This document shows positions 50,487 to 60,279 of a stretch of 64,000 nucleotides of DNA, piece by piece. The notes beneath the pieces were generated by a model that ran no database searches, was not told the DNA's origin, and was given only the letters and a program-made list of their open reading frames with translations. The first letter of the stretch is position 1. Each line of letters begins with the position of its first letter. Where the stretch lies: NCBI GenBank assembly GCA_964587425.1, contig CAZPLB010000002.1:102053-166052 (forward strand). The letters run 5' to 3'. The position numbers and the translations under genes are program-made. The stretch is from an uncultured Gammaproteobacteria bacterium. Its GTDB lineage: Bacteria > Patescibacteriota > Microgenomatia > UBA8517.

Positions 50487-51224
50487 TTACTTTTTGTAAG
50501 CTTCCATTAGAATATCGGGGAATGGTCTACCAGAAAGTGGTTTCTTGAATTTAAGAGTAAATCCCTCATCCTCAAGTATCTTTTTCCATTCATTCTTGGG
50601 TCTATGAAAGAAATTAAAATTATACAGAGTTCCTTCAAAAAGAATGGGTACAAAAAAAGCATCAGTTATGTACCCCAAAATATATTTCAAAGTTAAACCT
50701 CTATCTATTTCAGCAATTACCAGTTTCCCATCTTTATTCAAAGCTTTCTTGGCATTTCTTATTAACTTCAGTTGCATATCAAATGAAAGGAGGTGATGGA
50801 GCATGTGGCTCATTAAAACAACATCAGCTTTTGGTATTTTGTAAGTGAGTGCATCCCCCTGACGGAATTTTACATTTTTTAATCCTCTATCTGCCTTAAC
50901 TGCTCTATCTTTTGAAATCTCAACACCAACAACTTTCCTCTTTTTTTCTTTAATTCCAATGTAATTTGAAAGTATCCCTTCCCCACAGCCCAATTCAACA
51001 ATCAAACCTTTCCTGGGAAGCATTTTTTCAATTTCATAAAATGGTCCATCCCAAAATCTTATTTCAGAAAACAAACCAACAAACCCATCTTCACGATACA
51101 AAGCTGAAGTTTCCTCGATAGCCTTACCTCTCGTTTTTGATTTAACAAAAGAGAAATTTTTAAAAATTCCCAAGAGGTATATTATTAATTTATTTACTAA
51201 TGTATGCATTGAAAGATTATACAA
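50487..51224 (-). CDS. class I SAM-dependent methyltransferase
   Basis: LIVELGCGEGILS, VVGVEIS, MSHMLHHL. Confidence 0.7.
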   Translation of the reverse strand: MYNLSMHTLVNKLIIYLLGIFKNFSFVKSKTRGKAIEETSALYREDGFVGLFSEIRFWDGPFYEIEKMLPRKGLIVELGCGEGILSNYIGIKEKKRKVVGVEISKDRAVKADRGLKNVKFRQGDALTYKIPKADVVLMSHMLHHLLSFDMQLKLIRNAKKALNKDGKLVIAEIDRGLTLKYILGYITDAFFVPILFEGTLYNFNFFHRPKNEWKKILEDEGFTLKFKKPLSGRPFPDILMEAYKK

Positions 51225-52491
51225 GACTAGCCACTTTTTCTCCTAATTGAACAGCATAGTTAGTTCCACGATCCCATGGGTACACTTGTTCAATATTGGC
51301 AATATACAATCCATCAATTGGAGTTTCAATCGGCAAAATTTTCTTTGAATATTTCTTTGTAATAATTGGTTGTGCAAAGGCAGCCTGAAATAAACGCTTC
51401 CTCTTAATATTTTTCTTCTGAAAATGGGGGGAGATTTTTCTGAGGTATGGAAAATATAAATCCAGCACTTCCTTTTCACTCATAGAAAAGAGTGGGTCAG
51501 ATCTTTCTAAATATTTACCAATATACAAAAGTGTTTCACCATTATAATTTCCTTTACTCATAAAGTTTGTGTGTTCAACTACGCACAAGAATGGGGCATT
51601 AATGTCATTAATATTAAGCCAGTACGTATTATCCACAAAAAATGGCTTCTTGAGTGAAAGTATCAAGTTAACGGCTCCAAGACCTCTTCTTTTTAGCATT
51701 TTATTGAAATAATTCTTTGGTAGATCTGGAAGTATGCCAGCGAGTAGATATGATGGAATGGTACATATAATTTTATCTATCTCAAATTTTCCACCACTTG
51801 TTTCAACTATTAGCTTTTCATTTTTCTTTTTAATCTTTGTAACATTACATTTAAAATATATCCTCCCACCATTTTTCAAAATCTGAGCGGAAATTTTTTT
51901 GGCGAGAGTCAAAAATCCTCCTTTGGGGTAAGCGAGCCTTGTCGTCCTTGTTTTAATTCTTGCCCAGAACCAAGATGCTGGAATGACTTTTGCATTCTTC
52001 CCAAACTTCTTTGTCAGTAAAGGCTTCCAAATTACATTCCATGATTCCTCACCCATTGTTTTGCGTACAAACTTGTGTGCTTCAATTTCCTCAAACATCT
52101 TAAGAAATGGAGACACCTTCAAAATAAAGATCACAAAGCCAGTCCTAAATCTAGACAAAAGAGAAATATGTTTAAATTTCAGAAGACTAATTGGTGAATC
52201 AATCTGAGAAATAACGTCTCCGTAAAAAGTTGATGTTTTAGGCCTTTCAACCACAATCTCATGTCCAACTTCTCGAGCAAGTTTCAAGATACTCTTATCT
52301 GTTAAAAACAAGTGGTGATAATGCTGCTCCAGAGTCCATTTCCATCCTTTTTCTTTAAATCCAGCAGCCAAACCACCAGGGTTTGTTCCAGACTCAAATA
52401 TAACTACATCAAATCCCTTTTTTGAAAGGTAGTATCCAGCAGCTAGGCCAGTAAAGCCTGCTCCAACTATTCCAATCTTAATTTTTTTCAT
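51217..52491 (-). CDS. FAD/NAD(P)-binding oxidoreductase (amine-oxidase / CrtI-like flavoprotein)
   Basis: N-terminal Rossmann fold KIGIVGAGFTGLAAGYYLSKKGFDVVIFESGTNPGGLA (GxGxxG...E...GG). 424 aa. Confidence 0.65.
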   Translation of the reverse strand: MKKIKIGIVGAGFTGLAAGYYLSKKGFDVVIFESGTNPGGLAAGFKEKGWKWTLEQHYHHLFLTDKSILKLAREVGHEIVVERPKTSTFYGDVISQIDSPISLLKFKHISLLSRFRTGFVIFILKVSPFLKMFEEIEAHKFVRKTMGEESWNVIWKPLLTKKFGKNAKVIPASWFWARIKTRTTRLAYPKGGFLTLAKKISAQILKNGGRIYFKCNVTKIKKKNEKLIVETSGGKFEIDKIICTIPSYLLAGILPDLPKNYFNKMLKRRGLGAVNLILSLKKPFFVDNTYWLNINDINAPFLCVVEHTNFMSKGNYNGETLLYIGKYLERSDPLFSMSEKEVLDLYFPYLRKISPHFQKKNIKRKRLFQAAFAQPIITKKYSKKILPIETPIDGLYIANIEQVYPWDRGTNYAVQLGEKVASLV

Positions 52492-52518
52492 ATATTCACC
52501 ATAAATAAAATAACAGAA

Positions 52519-53235
52519 TCATTTCTTTGCCCAAATTATAATCGATCCCGAAAACTCTTTGACGAAAGGAATCTTCTCAAGTAACCCTCCGGCAGTCTCA
52601 ACTGGCCTTATTAAAAAATTTGGGGTCGATGGATGCAGAAAGTCATAATTTACTACAACTACTTCCCGGAAGCCAATTTTGTGCAAAACTTTTTCCATTC
52701 TCCACCTTACAAGAGCTGTTTCATCATTGGAATACTCCATTCTTTTTCTTAAAAAGGGAATATTTAGTCCCAAAAAAATTGCGGGGTTCAAGAGGTTTGG
52801 TTCAGTAAAAAAAATTTGCCCGTCATCTTTGAGAACTCTATATGTTCCCTTTAAAGCTTTTTCATAATTAACATGATGCAAAATAGAAATACCGTAAACA
52901 ATGTCAAAAACATTATTCTTAAAAGAAAGTTTTTCGAAATCTTGAACCTTAAAAATAATATTGTTATTTTTTTTGAACTTTTTACGTCCTTCTGAAACCA
53001 ATTTTGGAGTGATATCTGTTGCAATAATTTTAGTTTTTAGTTTGGAAATTCTTTTTGTAAACTCACCATCCCCCGCACCAACTTCCAAAATCTTAAAACT
53101 TTCCTTGGGGCTGCACATCCTTTTGAAAACTTTATATTTATTGTCATATCTTTTTTGTCCAGCAGGAGAGTGCAAACCCCACCACACGTGTTCTAATTCT
53201 GAAAAATGTTGGACTTCACTTTTTAGTCTATTCAA
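52519..53235 (-). CDS. class I SAM-dependent methyltransferase
   Basis: ILEVGAGDGEFT, IATDIT, YGISILHHV. Confidence 0.7.
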   Translation of the reverse strand: MNRLKSEVQHFSELEHVWWGLHSPAGQKRYDNKYKVFKRMCSPKESFKILEVGAGDGEFTKRISKLKTKIIATDITPKLVSEGRKKFKKNNNIIFKVQDFEKLSFKNNVFDIVYGISILHHVNYEKALKGTYRVLKDDGQIFFTEPNLLNPAIFLGLNIPFLRKRMEYSNDETALVRWRMEKVLHKIGFREVVVVNYDFLHPSTPNFLIRPVETAGGLLEKIPFVKEFSGSIIIWAKK

Positions 53236-53259
53236 AACAAAAAAATTCTATAGTATAAT
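53231..53259 (+). promoter_or_regulatory. candidate sigma70-like promoter (TTCAAA - 17 nt - TATAAT) for the 53281 operon
   Basis: Read directly from the sequence: ttcaaa at 53231-53236 and tataat at 53254-53259, about 21 nt upstream of the ATG, in the 45-bp divergent intergenic region. Confidence 0.3.
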
Positions 53260-53280
53260 ACGGCGTTTATAAAGTCCCAA

Positions 53281-54504
53281 ATGATAAATTACTTTTCTAA
53301 AATTTACAAAAACGATTTAGAAAAGTTATTAACGCAAAACAAATCAAAAGGTTACAGAGTATTTAAATTAATAAACAAGCTGCCAAAAGGTAAATATAAT
53401 ATAGTATATTTACCAAACACACTCCACCACACCACAGACATTCAACACCTTGCAAGTCGTCTCAGAAAAGTCACAGGGAGTGAAACATCAATAATTATTG
53501 TCAGTTTTAATTTCCTGTGGAAACCTATTTTATCTCTTGCCACAAAACTCAGGCTTCGCCAAAAGGATATTCAGGAACCAAACTGGCTAACAAAAGAAGA
53601 TATTAAAAATATTTTTGAAATTGAGGGTTTCAGAGAAATAAAACACAGTAAGCGCTTCCTTTTCCCATTTGAAATACCCTTCATAACCAACCTCATAAAT
53701 AAATATCTCGCCAACCTGCCGTTAATAAATTTAGTTTGTCTAACCTCATACCAAATCTTTCGAATTCCCAAGAACCCAAAAAAATACTCAGTTTCAATCA
53801 TAATCCCTGCAAGAAACGAAGAGGGAAATATTAAAGGTGTACTTAAAAAAATTCCAAACATCGGAAAAAAGACAGAAATTATATTTGTAGAAAATAATTC
53901 AACAGACAACACCATCCAAGAAATAAACAATGAAATAAAAAATAATGGTAAGAATATGAAAGTCATACTAATCAGTAAAAAAACGAAGGGCAAAGCAGAA
54001 GCTGTAAGACTCGGGTTTAGGAAAGCCTCGGGAGACATATTAATGATCCTTGATGCAGATTTAACGGTTAGCCCAAGTGAGCTCCCCAAGTTTTACAACG
54101 TCTTGGCAAATGGAGTAGCAGATTTTGCAAACGGCAGTAGATTAATATACCCCATGGAGAAACAGGCCATGCGGACAGCAAACTATATCGGCAATAAAAT
54201 AGTAAGTCTGCTATTCACATTCATTTTGGAACAGAAAATAAAAGATACACTCTGCGGTACAAAAGTACTCTTTAAAAAAGATTACAAAGAAATCGAAAAA
54301 AATAGAAGCTACTTCGGAAACTTCGATCCATGGGGAGACTTTGACCTTCTTTTTGGTATATCAAGATTAAATCTCAAAATCGTCGACATTCCTGTAAGAT
54401 ATAAAGAACGAACCAAGGGTAAATCAAACATGCGGCTCATCAGACACGGTATAGCACTCATGAAAATGTTAATAATTGGTGCAAAAAAGCTTAAGTTTGT
54501 ATGA
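53281..54504 (+). CDS. GT2 polyprenol-phosphate glycosyltransferase (DPM1/GtrB-like catalytic domain) with an N-terminal ~165-aa extension
   Basis: C-terminal 240 aa: YSVSIIIPARNEEGNI, FVENNSTDNT, ILDADLTVSP, and a Dpm1-like acceptor loop. The N-terminal region resembles the C-terminal lobe of a class I methyltransferase without motif I. Confidence 0.65.
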   Translation: MINYFSKIYKNDLEKLLTQNKSKGYRVFKLINKLPKGKYNIVYLPNTLHHTTDIQHLASRLRKVTGSETSIIIVSFNFLWKPILSLATKLRLRQKDIQEPNWLTKEDIKNIFEIEGFREIKHSKRFLFPFEIPFITNLINKYLANLPLINLVCLTSYQIFRIPKNPKKYSVSIIIPARNEEGNIKGVLKKIPNIGKKTEIIFVENNSTDNTIQEINNEIKNNGKNMKVILISKKTKGKAEAVRLGFRKASGDILMILDADLTVSPSELPKFYNVLANGVADFANGSRLIYPMEKQAMRTANYIGNKIVSLLFTFILEQKIKDTLCGTKVLFKKDYKEIEKNRSYFGNFDPWGDFDLLFGISRLNLKIVDIPVRYKERTKGKSNMRLIRHGIALMKMLIIGAKKLKFV

Positions 54505-56009
54505 AAAGTTATTTAAAAAAAAATAAGATTCAGATACTAATTATTACCCTAGTCTTTTTAGTTATTTGGCATAAAATCCTTTATCAAATCCCAATCGGAG
54601 AGGGTTACTACTATTTCGATAGAATCCAAATTATCAAACTGCAAGAACTCCTGCCAGATAAGGCACTCGCCACCTACGACATGTTCCCAAGAATTCTATT
54701 TACTTTTCTACAACCATTATTTAGAGACAATATTCTGCTTTATATTATTTTGCAGTTTACTTTTATGTTTTTTGTTTATCAAATTCTCTACTTCACTCTG
54801 CTAAAGATAACTAAGGATAAACTCTTAAGCCTTGGCTCCACCATATTATTTATATCAAACTACATTGGGTCGTTTTCAATATTGGGTACCGGAGGCTATC
54901 AGCGATTTATACAAAGATTTCCAAATTTAATTTTAATCCTCCCTGCTTTCTATTTTCTCGATAGATATTTAAAAAGTGAGAGAAGGAAAGATTTCGTTAA
55001 ATCATATTTTCTCTTCGCATTGAGTCTAGTGCTTGCGCATCACGTTGTATTTTGGTCATGGATCTTCATCATCTTTCCGCCAATAAATTCATTTCTTAGA
55101 AAAGAAAGGCTAAGTAAATTAATTAAATCGTTAAAAATAAGTTCACTATTTCTAGCTACCACTTATATACTGACCGTCTTTGATACACTTTCTAAACCAG
55201 ACAAACACACCATCCTTCAATTTATTAAAAATACCGAGTCCCTTCCTCAAAAGATTTTCTACCAACTCCCTATTGTTTTCTTTCCACCAAAACTTCTTCA
55301 ATATTTTCTAGATCATAGTAAATCATTATTATTTCCAACTTTGTTAATAGTATTAGTACTTATCTTAATTTCCATAAAACTATATAGAAATGAAAAAAAA
55401 TTATTGGCTATCTTTATTACCTTAACTTCTTCACTTTTATTAGTATGTTTCCTAACTCTTTATGCATATGGTGGAGTTCCAAATCCGCTACAGGGTGTAG
55501 GTGAAGACAGAATATACTTCGTGCAAATCCTTTTCACAAGCATAATTACTGGAATTTTTATTAAAGCATTCTTTGGAAAAAATAAAATACTTTATTCAAT
55601 TGTATGGGTATGTCTCCTCGTCTTCACTCTCAACAACAATACACAATTGATATGGAAAGGCATGGAGAGAATTCAGTACAAAGTAGAATTAGAGAGGATA
55701 TATATAAACTATATAAAGGGCAAGAAGAACGAGTTTGGAGGCAAACCAATTCTAATAATTTCACAGCCTCTTGCAGAAACAAGCAATTTCATTAAGCGCT
55801 TCTATATGCCTCCAGAAACAACATACATAACATTCCATGAAAACTGGCAAAATGATTTAACAAAAATATACTTTCAAAACAAAGATGTTCACGTAATAGA
55901 TTTTAGCTACGAATTAAAAGAGGGTGTCGTTGACGCAAAAACAATACAGTTAAAAGACTTAACCGAGGATTTCAAAAATGGTAATAAAATTAATACATTT
56001 AAATACTAA
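54501..56009 (+). CDS. polytopic membrane protein, putative GT-C-like
   Basis: 502 aa with more than 10 hydrophobic helices. Stop/start overlap with both neighbours. Confidence 0.4.
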   Translation: MKSYLKKNKIQILIITLVFLVIWHKILYQIPIGEGYYYFDRIQIIKLQELLPDKALATYDMFPRILFTFLQPLFRDNILLYIILQFTFMFFVYQILYFTLLKITKDKLLSLGSTILFISNYIGSFSILGTGGYQRFIQRFPNLILILPAFYFLDRYLKSERRKDFVKSYFLFALSLVLAHHVVFWSWIFIIFPPINSFLRKERLSKLIKSLKISSLFLATTYILTVFDTLSKPDKHTILQFIKNTESLPQKIFYQLPIVFFPPKLLQYFLDHSKSLLFPTLLIVLVLILISIKLYRNEKKLLAIFITLTSSLLLVCFLTLYAYGGVPNPLQGVGEDRIYFVQILFTSIITGIFIKAFFGKNKILYSIVWVCLLVFTLNNNTQLIWKGMERIQYKVELERIYINYIKGKKNEFGGKPILIISQPLAETSNFIKRFYMPPETTYITFHENWQNDLTKIYFQNKDVHVIDFSYELKEGVVDAKTIQLKDLTEDFKNGNKINTFKY

Positions 56010-56734
56010 TGAACTCTTTAGACAAACCAAAAACGGTGTTAGTTCACAAAAAAACAATTCAAGAAAACCGACAATTAAATGATTTATATATTGGCTTCTA
56101 TTCAAATCTCAAACAAATTAAACTTCCGAATGGAAAAATAATCGAATTGGGTTCAGGCGGCGGGTTCATAAAAGATATAATCCCTAACATGATAACATCA
56201 GACACCGTAAAAGGTCCTGGAATAGATAAAGTTTTCTCTGCAGAAAAAATCCCGTACAAAAATAATTCAGTGGCGTGTTTTTTTATGTTAAATGTTCTGC
56301 ACCATATTAAAAAATCCGAATCGGCAATTTACGAAATGCAAAGATGTCTTAAAAAAAATGGCAGGATAGTGATGATCGAGCCATATATCTCTCCATGGTC
56401 AAAATTTATTTATAAAAACTTTCACCGCGAAAACCTTGACGAAAAAGGTGGGTGGACAATTCAAGGAAAAGGAAGACTTACGGATGCAAATATTGCCCTA
56501 CCTTGGATAATATTTATTAGAGATAGAAAACTTTTTAAAAAAAGATTTCTCAAGTTAAAAATTATGAGAGTAAAACCACACACCCCTTTCACATATATTC
56601 TCTCTGGCGGTCTCACCAAGCCTCCTTTAGTACCATATTTTATTTTCAATATACTAAACTCCTTTGAAAAAAAGATTCCATTCTTGAATACTAAACTAGG
56701 GTTATTTATGACAGTAGAAATTAAAAAAACGTGA
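56009..56734 (+). CDS. class I SAM-dependent methyltransferase
   Basis: IIELGSGGGFIKD, FMLNVLHHI, KKNGRIVMIEP. Confidence 0.65.
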   Translation: MNSLDKPKTVLVHKKTIQENRQLNDLYIGFYSNLKQIKLPNGKIIELGSGGGFIKDIIPNMITSDTVKGPGIDKVFSAEKIPYKNNSVACFFMLNVLHHIKKSESAIYEMQRCLKKNGRIVMIEPYISPWSKFIYKNFHRENLDEKGGWTIQGKGRLTDANIALPWIIFIRDRKLFKKRFLKLKIMRVKPHTPFTYILSGGLTKPPLVPYFIFNILNSFEKKIPFLNTKLGLFMTVEIKKT

Positions 56735-56750
56735 ACATCTTTAAAAACTT

Positions 56751-56779
56751 TTGCCTAAATGGCTGATAAATAATACAAT
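56751..56779 (+). promoter_or_regulatory. candidate promoter TTGCCT - 17 nt - TACAAT, about 7 nt before the ATG at 56786 (a possible leaderless transcript)
   Basis: Read directly: ttgcct at 56751-56756, tacaat at 56774-56779. Confidence 0.25.
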
Positions 56780-56785
56780 ACGCCC

Positions 56786-57715
56786 ATGCAATCAATTTCA
56801 ATTGTCATACCGGTTTTCAACGAGCAGTCAAATTTAAAACCTCTATACATCAGATTAGACTCTGTCGTCAAAAAAATTTCAAAATCCCACGAGATAATTT
56901 TCGTTAACGATGGATCAACAGATAAAAGTCTAGATACTCTAATACAATTAAGGAAAAAGGATAAAAGGATAAAAATAATTTCTTTCACCAGAAACTTCGG
57001 TCATATGCAGGCAATTGATGCAGGGTTACAGATGAGTTCTGGCAACAAAGTGGTTGTAATGGATGCAGATCTTCAAGACCCTCCAGAAATAATCGAGGCT
57101 ATGTGGAATAAATCAAAAACTGGATACAACATTGTATATGGAACAAAAAAGGGAAGAAAAGAAAGCATCGTCAAAAAATCCCTCTTCTCAATGTTCTATA
57201 AAATACTGAACAAGGTTTCAAAATTAAAAATGCCGGAAAACGCAGGTACGTTTTGTCTCCTAGATAGAAATGCAGTTGAAATAATATGCGCTCTTCCCGA
57301 AAGAAATAAATATTTCAGTGGTCTAAGAGTCTGGACCGGTCTCAAAAGTACTGGGGTCACCTACGAAAGAGCTAGCCGCTACAAAGGTCGTCCCAAACCC
57401 ATGTCAAAACTTCTTTCTTTAGGCTTTGACGGAATAATATCCTTCTCATACTTGCCGCTTAGAGTTGCAAGTATTATTGGATTTATTTTTGCTTCAATAT
57501 CTTTTCTTTTCATATTAATTGTCATCATTGCAAGGTTTGCTTTTGACAAAGGTATAATTGGTTGGGCATCAACAATGACCACAATTCTTTTCATAGGAGG
57601 AGTGCAGCTTATTACTCTTGGCATAATAGGCGAATATCTTGCTAGAATTTATGATGAAGTCAAAGCGCGCCCACAATATATAATATCGGAAAAAATAGGT
57701 TTTAATAAAAAATGA
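56786..57715 (+). CDS. polyprenol-phosphate sugar synthase (GtrB/ArnC/DPM1-like GT2 with two C-terminal TM helices)
   Basis: ISIVIPVFNEQSNL, FVNDGSTDKS, MDADLQDPPEII, and a C-terminal pair of TM helices (LGIIGEYLARIY). Confidence 0.8.
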   Translation: MQSISIVIPVFNEQSNLKPLYIRLDSVVKKISKSHEIIFVNDGSTDKSLDTLIQLRKKDKRIKIISFTRNFGHMQAIDAGLQMSSGNKVVVMDADLQDPPEIIEAMWNKSKTGYNIVYGTKKGRKESIVKKSLFSMFYKILNKVSKLKMPENAGTFCLLDRNAVEIICALPERNKYFSGLRVWTGLKSTGVTYERASRYKGRPKPMSKLLSLGFDGIISFSYLPLRVASIIGFIFASISFLFILIVIIARFAFDKGIIGWASTMTTILFIGGVQLITLGIIGEYLARIYDEVKARPQYIISEKIGFNKK

Positions 57716-58422
57716 TTATCTCCCACAAATATAAATACATATTCATCAAGCCAAAAAAAATAGCTGGCACAAGTATTGAAGTAGCCCTATCACAAAGTTT
57801 GGGAGAAAAAGATATAATGCCTCCTCTTACAAAATTCTCACCTTTTCATGACAAAGATAAATATACTTTAACCCCGCAAAATTATAAAGGATTCTATGAT
57901 CACCTTTCTCCAGATAAAATAAAGAAGAAAATTGGAAATAAAATATGGAAAGAGTATTTCAAATTTACTGTTGTCAGAAACCCATGGGATTTGGTTGTTT
58001 CAAGCTATTGGTGGGAAGTAAACAAAAAAGTATCCTTGAATGATTACTTGAGAGTAGTGAACGTTAGAGGACTAATCGATTATGCAAAAGATTTCAGAAA
58101 AATTAAAAAGCCGAAAAGTTTCTCAGACTTCGTAAGAAGTCTTCCAAAAGCATATATCAATACAAATTACTACTTCGAAACAAACGGAAAACCTCTTGCA
58201 GATTTTTATATTCGATATGAGAACATAGACAGTGATTACAAGAAAGTCTGTAAAAAACTAAAAATTCCATATGTAAAACTTTTGCACCTGAAATCCAAAA
58301 CTAGAAAAAACAAAAAACACTACTCATATTATTACAACAAAGAGACAAAAAAAATAGTTGCTGATATTTTCAAAAAAGAAATAAAGTACTTTAATTACCG
58401 ATATCTTTCTCGACCCTTTTGA
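57712..58422 (+). CDS. sulfotransferase family protein
   Basis: 5'-PSB-like YIFIKPKKIAGTSIEVAL (ifihipKtgGTS pattern) and 3'-PB-like FTVVRNPWDLVVSSYWW (RdPveRlvSay pattern). Its start codon overlaps the GtrB-like stop. Confidence 0.55.
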   Translation: MIISHKYKYIFIKPKKIAGTSIEVALSQSLGEKDIMPPLTKFSPFHDKDKYTLTPQNYKGFYDHLSPDKIKKKIGNKIWKEYFKFTVVRNPWDLVVSSYWWEVNKKVSLNDYLRVVNVRGLIDYAKDFRKIKKPKSFSDFVRSLPKAYINTNYYFETNGKPLADFYIRYENIDSDYKKVCKKLKIPYVKLLHLKSKTRKNKKHYSYYYNKETKKIVADIFKKEIKYFNYRYLSRPF

Positions 58423-59410
58423 AGTCTTTATAAAATTTACCCCAATCGACCGGAACCATTAATTCTTTGAACATTACTCCATCTGACACTACTCTAAGTT
58501 TTTGAATTTTAGATCTCTTTCTCAGAGTAGAAGGTAAATGAACTAAGTTCCACCATAACGCTCTAAAAATCATAGTGGCATTTTTAATACTTCCCTTTAA
58601 AAGAAATGCGAATGCAATTCCAAGTGAAATAATAATATGAATAGGTAAAACTACAATTAAATTCAATAGTCCAAAGCTTTTAAGAAGTGAACAAATTCTA
58701 TTTTTATAATAATGAAAATTAATATTTAATACATTAAGTCTCCTTATTGTGTATCCAACTTTATGGTAAATCTTTGCATTAGGAAAAAAAACAACCCGCT
58801 TACCCACAAGCCATACCTTCCAACAAAAATCGCTTTCTTCAAAATAAGAAACAAAATCATCATCGAATAAACCAACCTTATCCACAACATCTTTCCTAAT
58901 TAGAATGCAAGCCCCTTTGGCGCTAAATATATCTCTTTCATTTTCAAATTCCTTTGAATCCTTTTGTAGAAAACCCCAATGGTCTAAAAACCCAATTCGT
59001 GTCATGAATGAACCGGCGTTATCCATCAGTTCTGGCTTGTCCATAATTAAAATCTTCGGCTGAATTGCACCAATAGTATCGTCTTCCATCATTCTCTGAA
59101 CCATCTTACTTAAGAAACTAACTTCAACTTTTGTATCATTGTTAAGTAGAAGAACATACTTACCTTTAGAAACAGCAACTCCTTGATTATTTGCCTTTGC
59201 AAATCCCACATTCTCTTTATTCTTTATCGTCTTCACTTTTATTCCTCTGAAGCTTTCAAGTTTTTCAATCGAATCGTCAGTAGACCCATTATCAACAACA
59301 ACTAACTCCCAATTTCGATAGTCAATTTTAGACAAAGATTTAATGCAATCTTCAAAAACGCTGCCACCATTCCAATTTGCAATAATTATTGAAACCAATG
59401 GTTCTTTCAT
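58391..59410 (-). CDS. GT2 glycosyltransferase
   Basis: LVSIIIANWNGGSVFEDCIKSL, VVVDNGSTDDS, LLLNNDTKV. Confidence 0.75.
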   Translation of the reverse strand: MKEPLVSIIIANWNGGSVFEDCIKSLSKIDYRNWELVVVDNGSTDDSIEKLESFRGIKVKTIKNKENVGFAKANNQGVAVSKGKYVLLLNNDTKVEVSFLSKMVQRMMEDDTIGAIQPKILIMDKPELMDNAGSFMTRIGFLDHWGFLQKDSKEFENERDIFSAKGACILIRKDVVDKVGLFDDDFVSYFEESDFCWKVWLVGKRVVFFPNAKIYHKVGYTIRRLNVLNINFHYYKNRICSLLKSFGLLNLIVVLPIHIIISLGIAFAFLLKGSIKNATMIFRALWWNLVHLPSTLRKRSKIQKLRVVSDGVMFKELMVPVDWGKFYKDFKRVEKDIGN

Positions 59411-60255
59411 AGATATTTAAACATTTTAAAAAAGGTTTTAATAAATCTAACTAAACCAACAGCTTTCAAAAAACCAATCGCAGCTGCAGAGGTTTCAAGG
59501 AACCTGACAACTAAAAGTGTAACTCCCATAATAGGATTAAAAATAAACTGTTTCCAATTCCGGAAATACGCCATCCTCAAAATGAGGATCCCCTGCTTCG
59601 AAATTAAGTCTGGATGCTTCTGAGCATAACCTGCGCTCAAGTATGCATAATAATATTTCTTCTTTAACTGCTTTATTAGAGTTAACCCAGTTTCGTGATG
59701 CAAGATCCATGATTTAACTCTCCCAATCGTATATTTTGTACTCATCCTCTTTGGTAGATCATAGTCCTCCGTGCCAGTTAAATTGATATCGTATCCACCA
59801 AACTCCATGAATGCTAGTCTGTCAAAAAATCTAGCAACTTCTACCGTTGAATCTCCCACATACATACTTCTTTCAAATTTTCGAACTTCAGCCATGAAAC
59901 CCTTTCCAACAGTCCTTTCTGGAATAACTAAACCCATGTTGCTGTGAATGTTATTTACGCAGTCTTTGATAACACCTGGCGTCAACTCCATATCCGCGTC
60001 CAAAAACAAAAAATATTTACCTTTAGCCTCTTGTGCACCAAAATTTCTCTGAACACTTCGCTCTGCATGGCTTCGTAAGAAAACTTTATCAGTATGGTGC
60101 TTGGCTATGTCAACCGTCCTATCGCTTGACCCATCATCAACAACTATTGCTTCCCAATTCTCATAACTCTGTTCTTTTATAGAAACTAGAAGTCTCTCAA
60201 TATTTTCTTCCTCGTTAAAAACAGGGATTATTACTGAAACCAACGATTGTGACAT
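59407..60255 (-). CDS. GT2 glycosyltransferase
   Basis: LVSVIIPVFNEEENIERLL, VVDDGSSDRT, FLDADMEL. Confidence 0.75.
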   Translation of the reverse strand: MSQSLVSVIIPVFNEEENIERLLVSIKEQSYENWEAIVVDDGSSDRTVDIAKHHTDKVFLRSHAERSVQRNFGAQEAKGKYFLFLDADMELTPGVIKDCVNNIHSNMGLVIPERTVGKGFMAEVRKFERSMYVGDSTVEVARFFDRLAFMEFGGYDINLTGTEDYDLPKRMSTKYTIGRVKSWILHHETGLTLIKQLKKKYYYAYLSAGYAQKHPDLISKQGILILRMAYFRNWKQFIFNPIMGVTLLVVRFLETSAAAIGFLKAVGLVRFIKTFFKMFKYL

Positions 60256-60279
60256 TCAGCTTAAATTTTACACTATAGA

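Noticed and set aside
51217-52491. UDP-galactopyranose mutase (Glf) call for the flavoprotein
   Set aside because: The Rossmann motif alone is non-specific. The protein is longer than typical UGM and lacks recognisable UGM-specific motifs, so I kept the generic FAD-oxidoreductase call.
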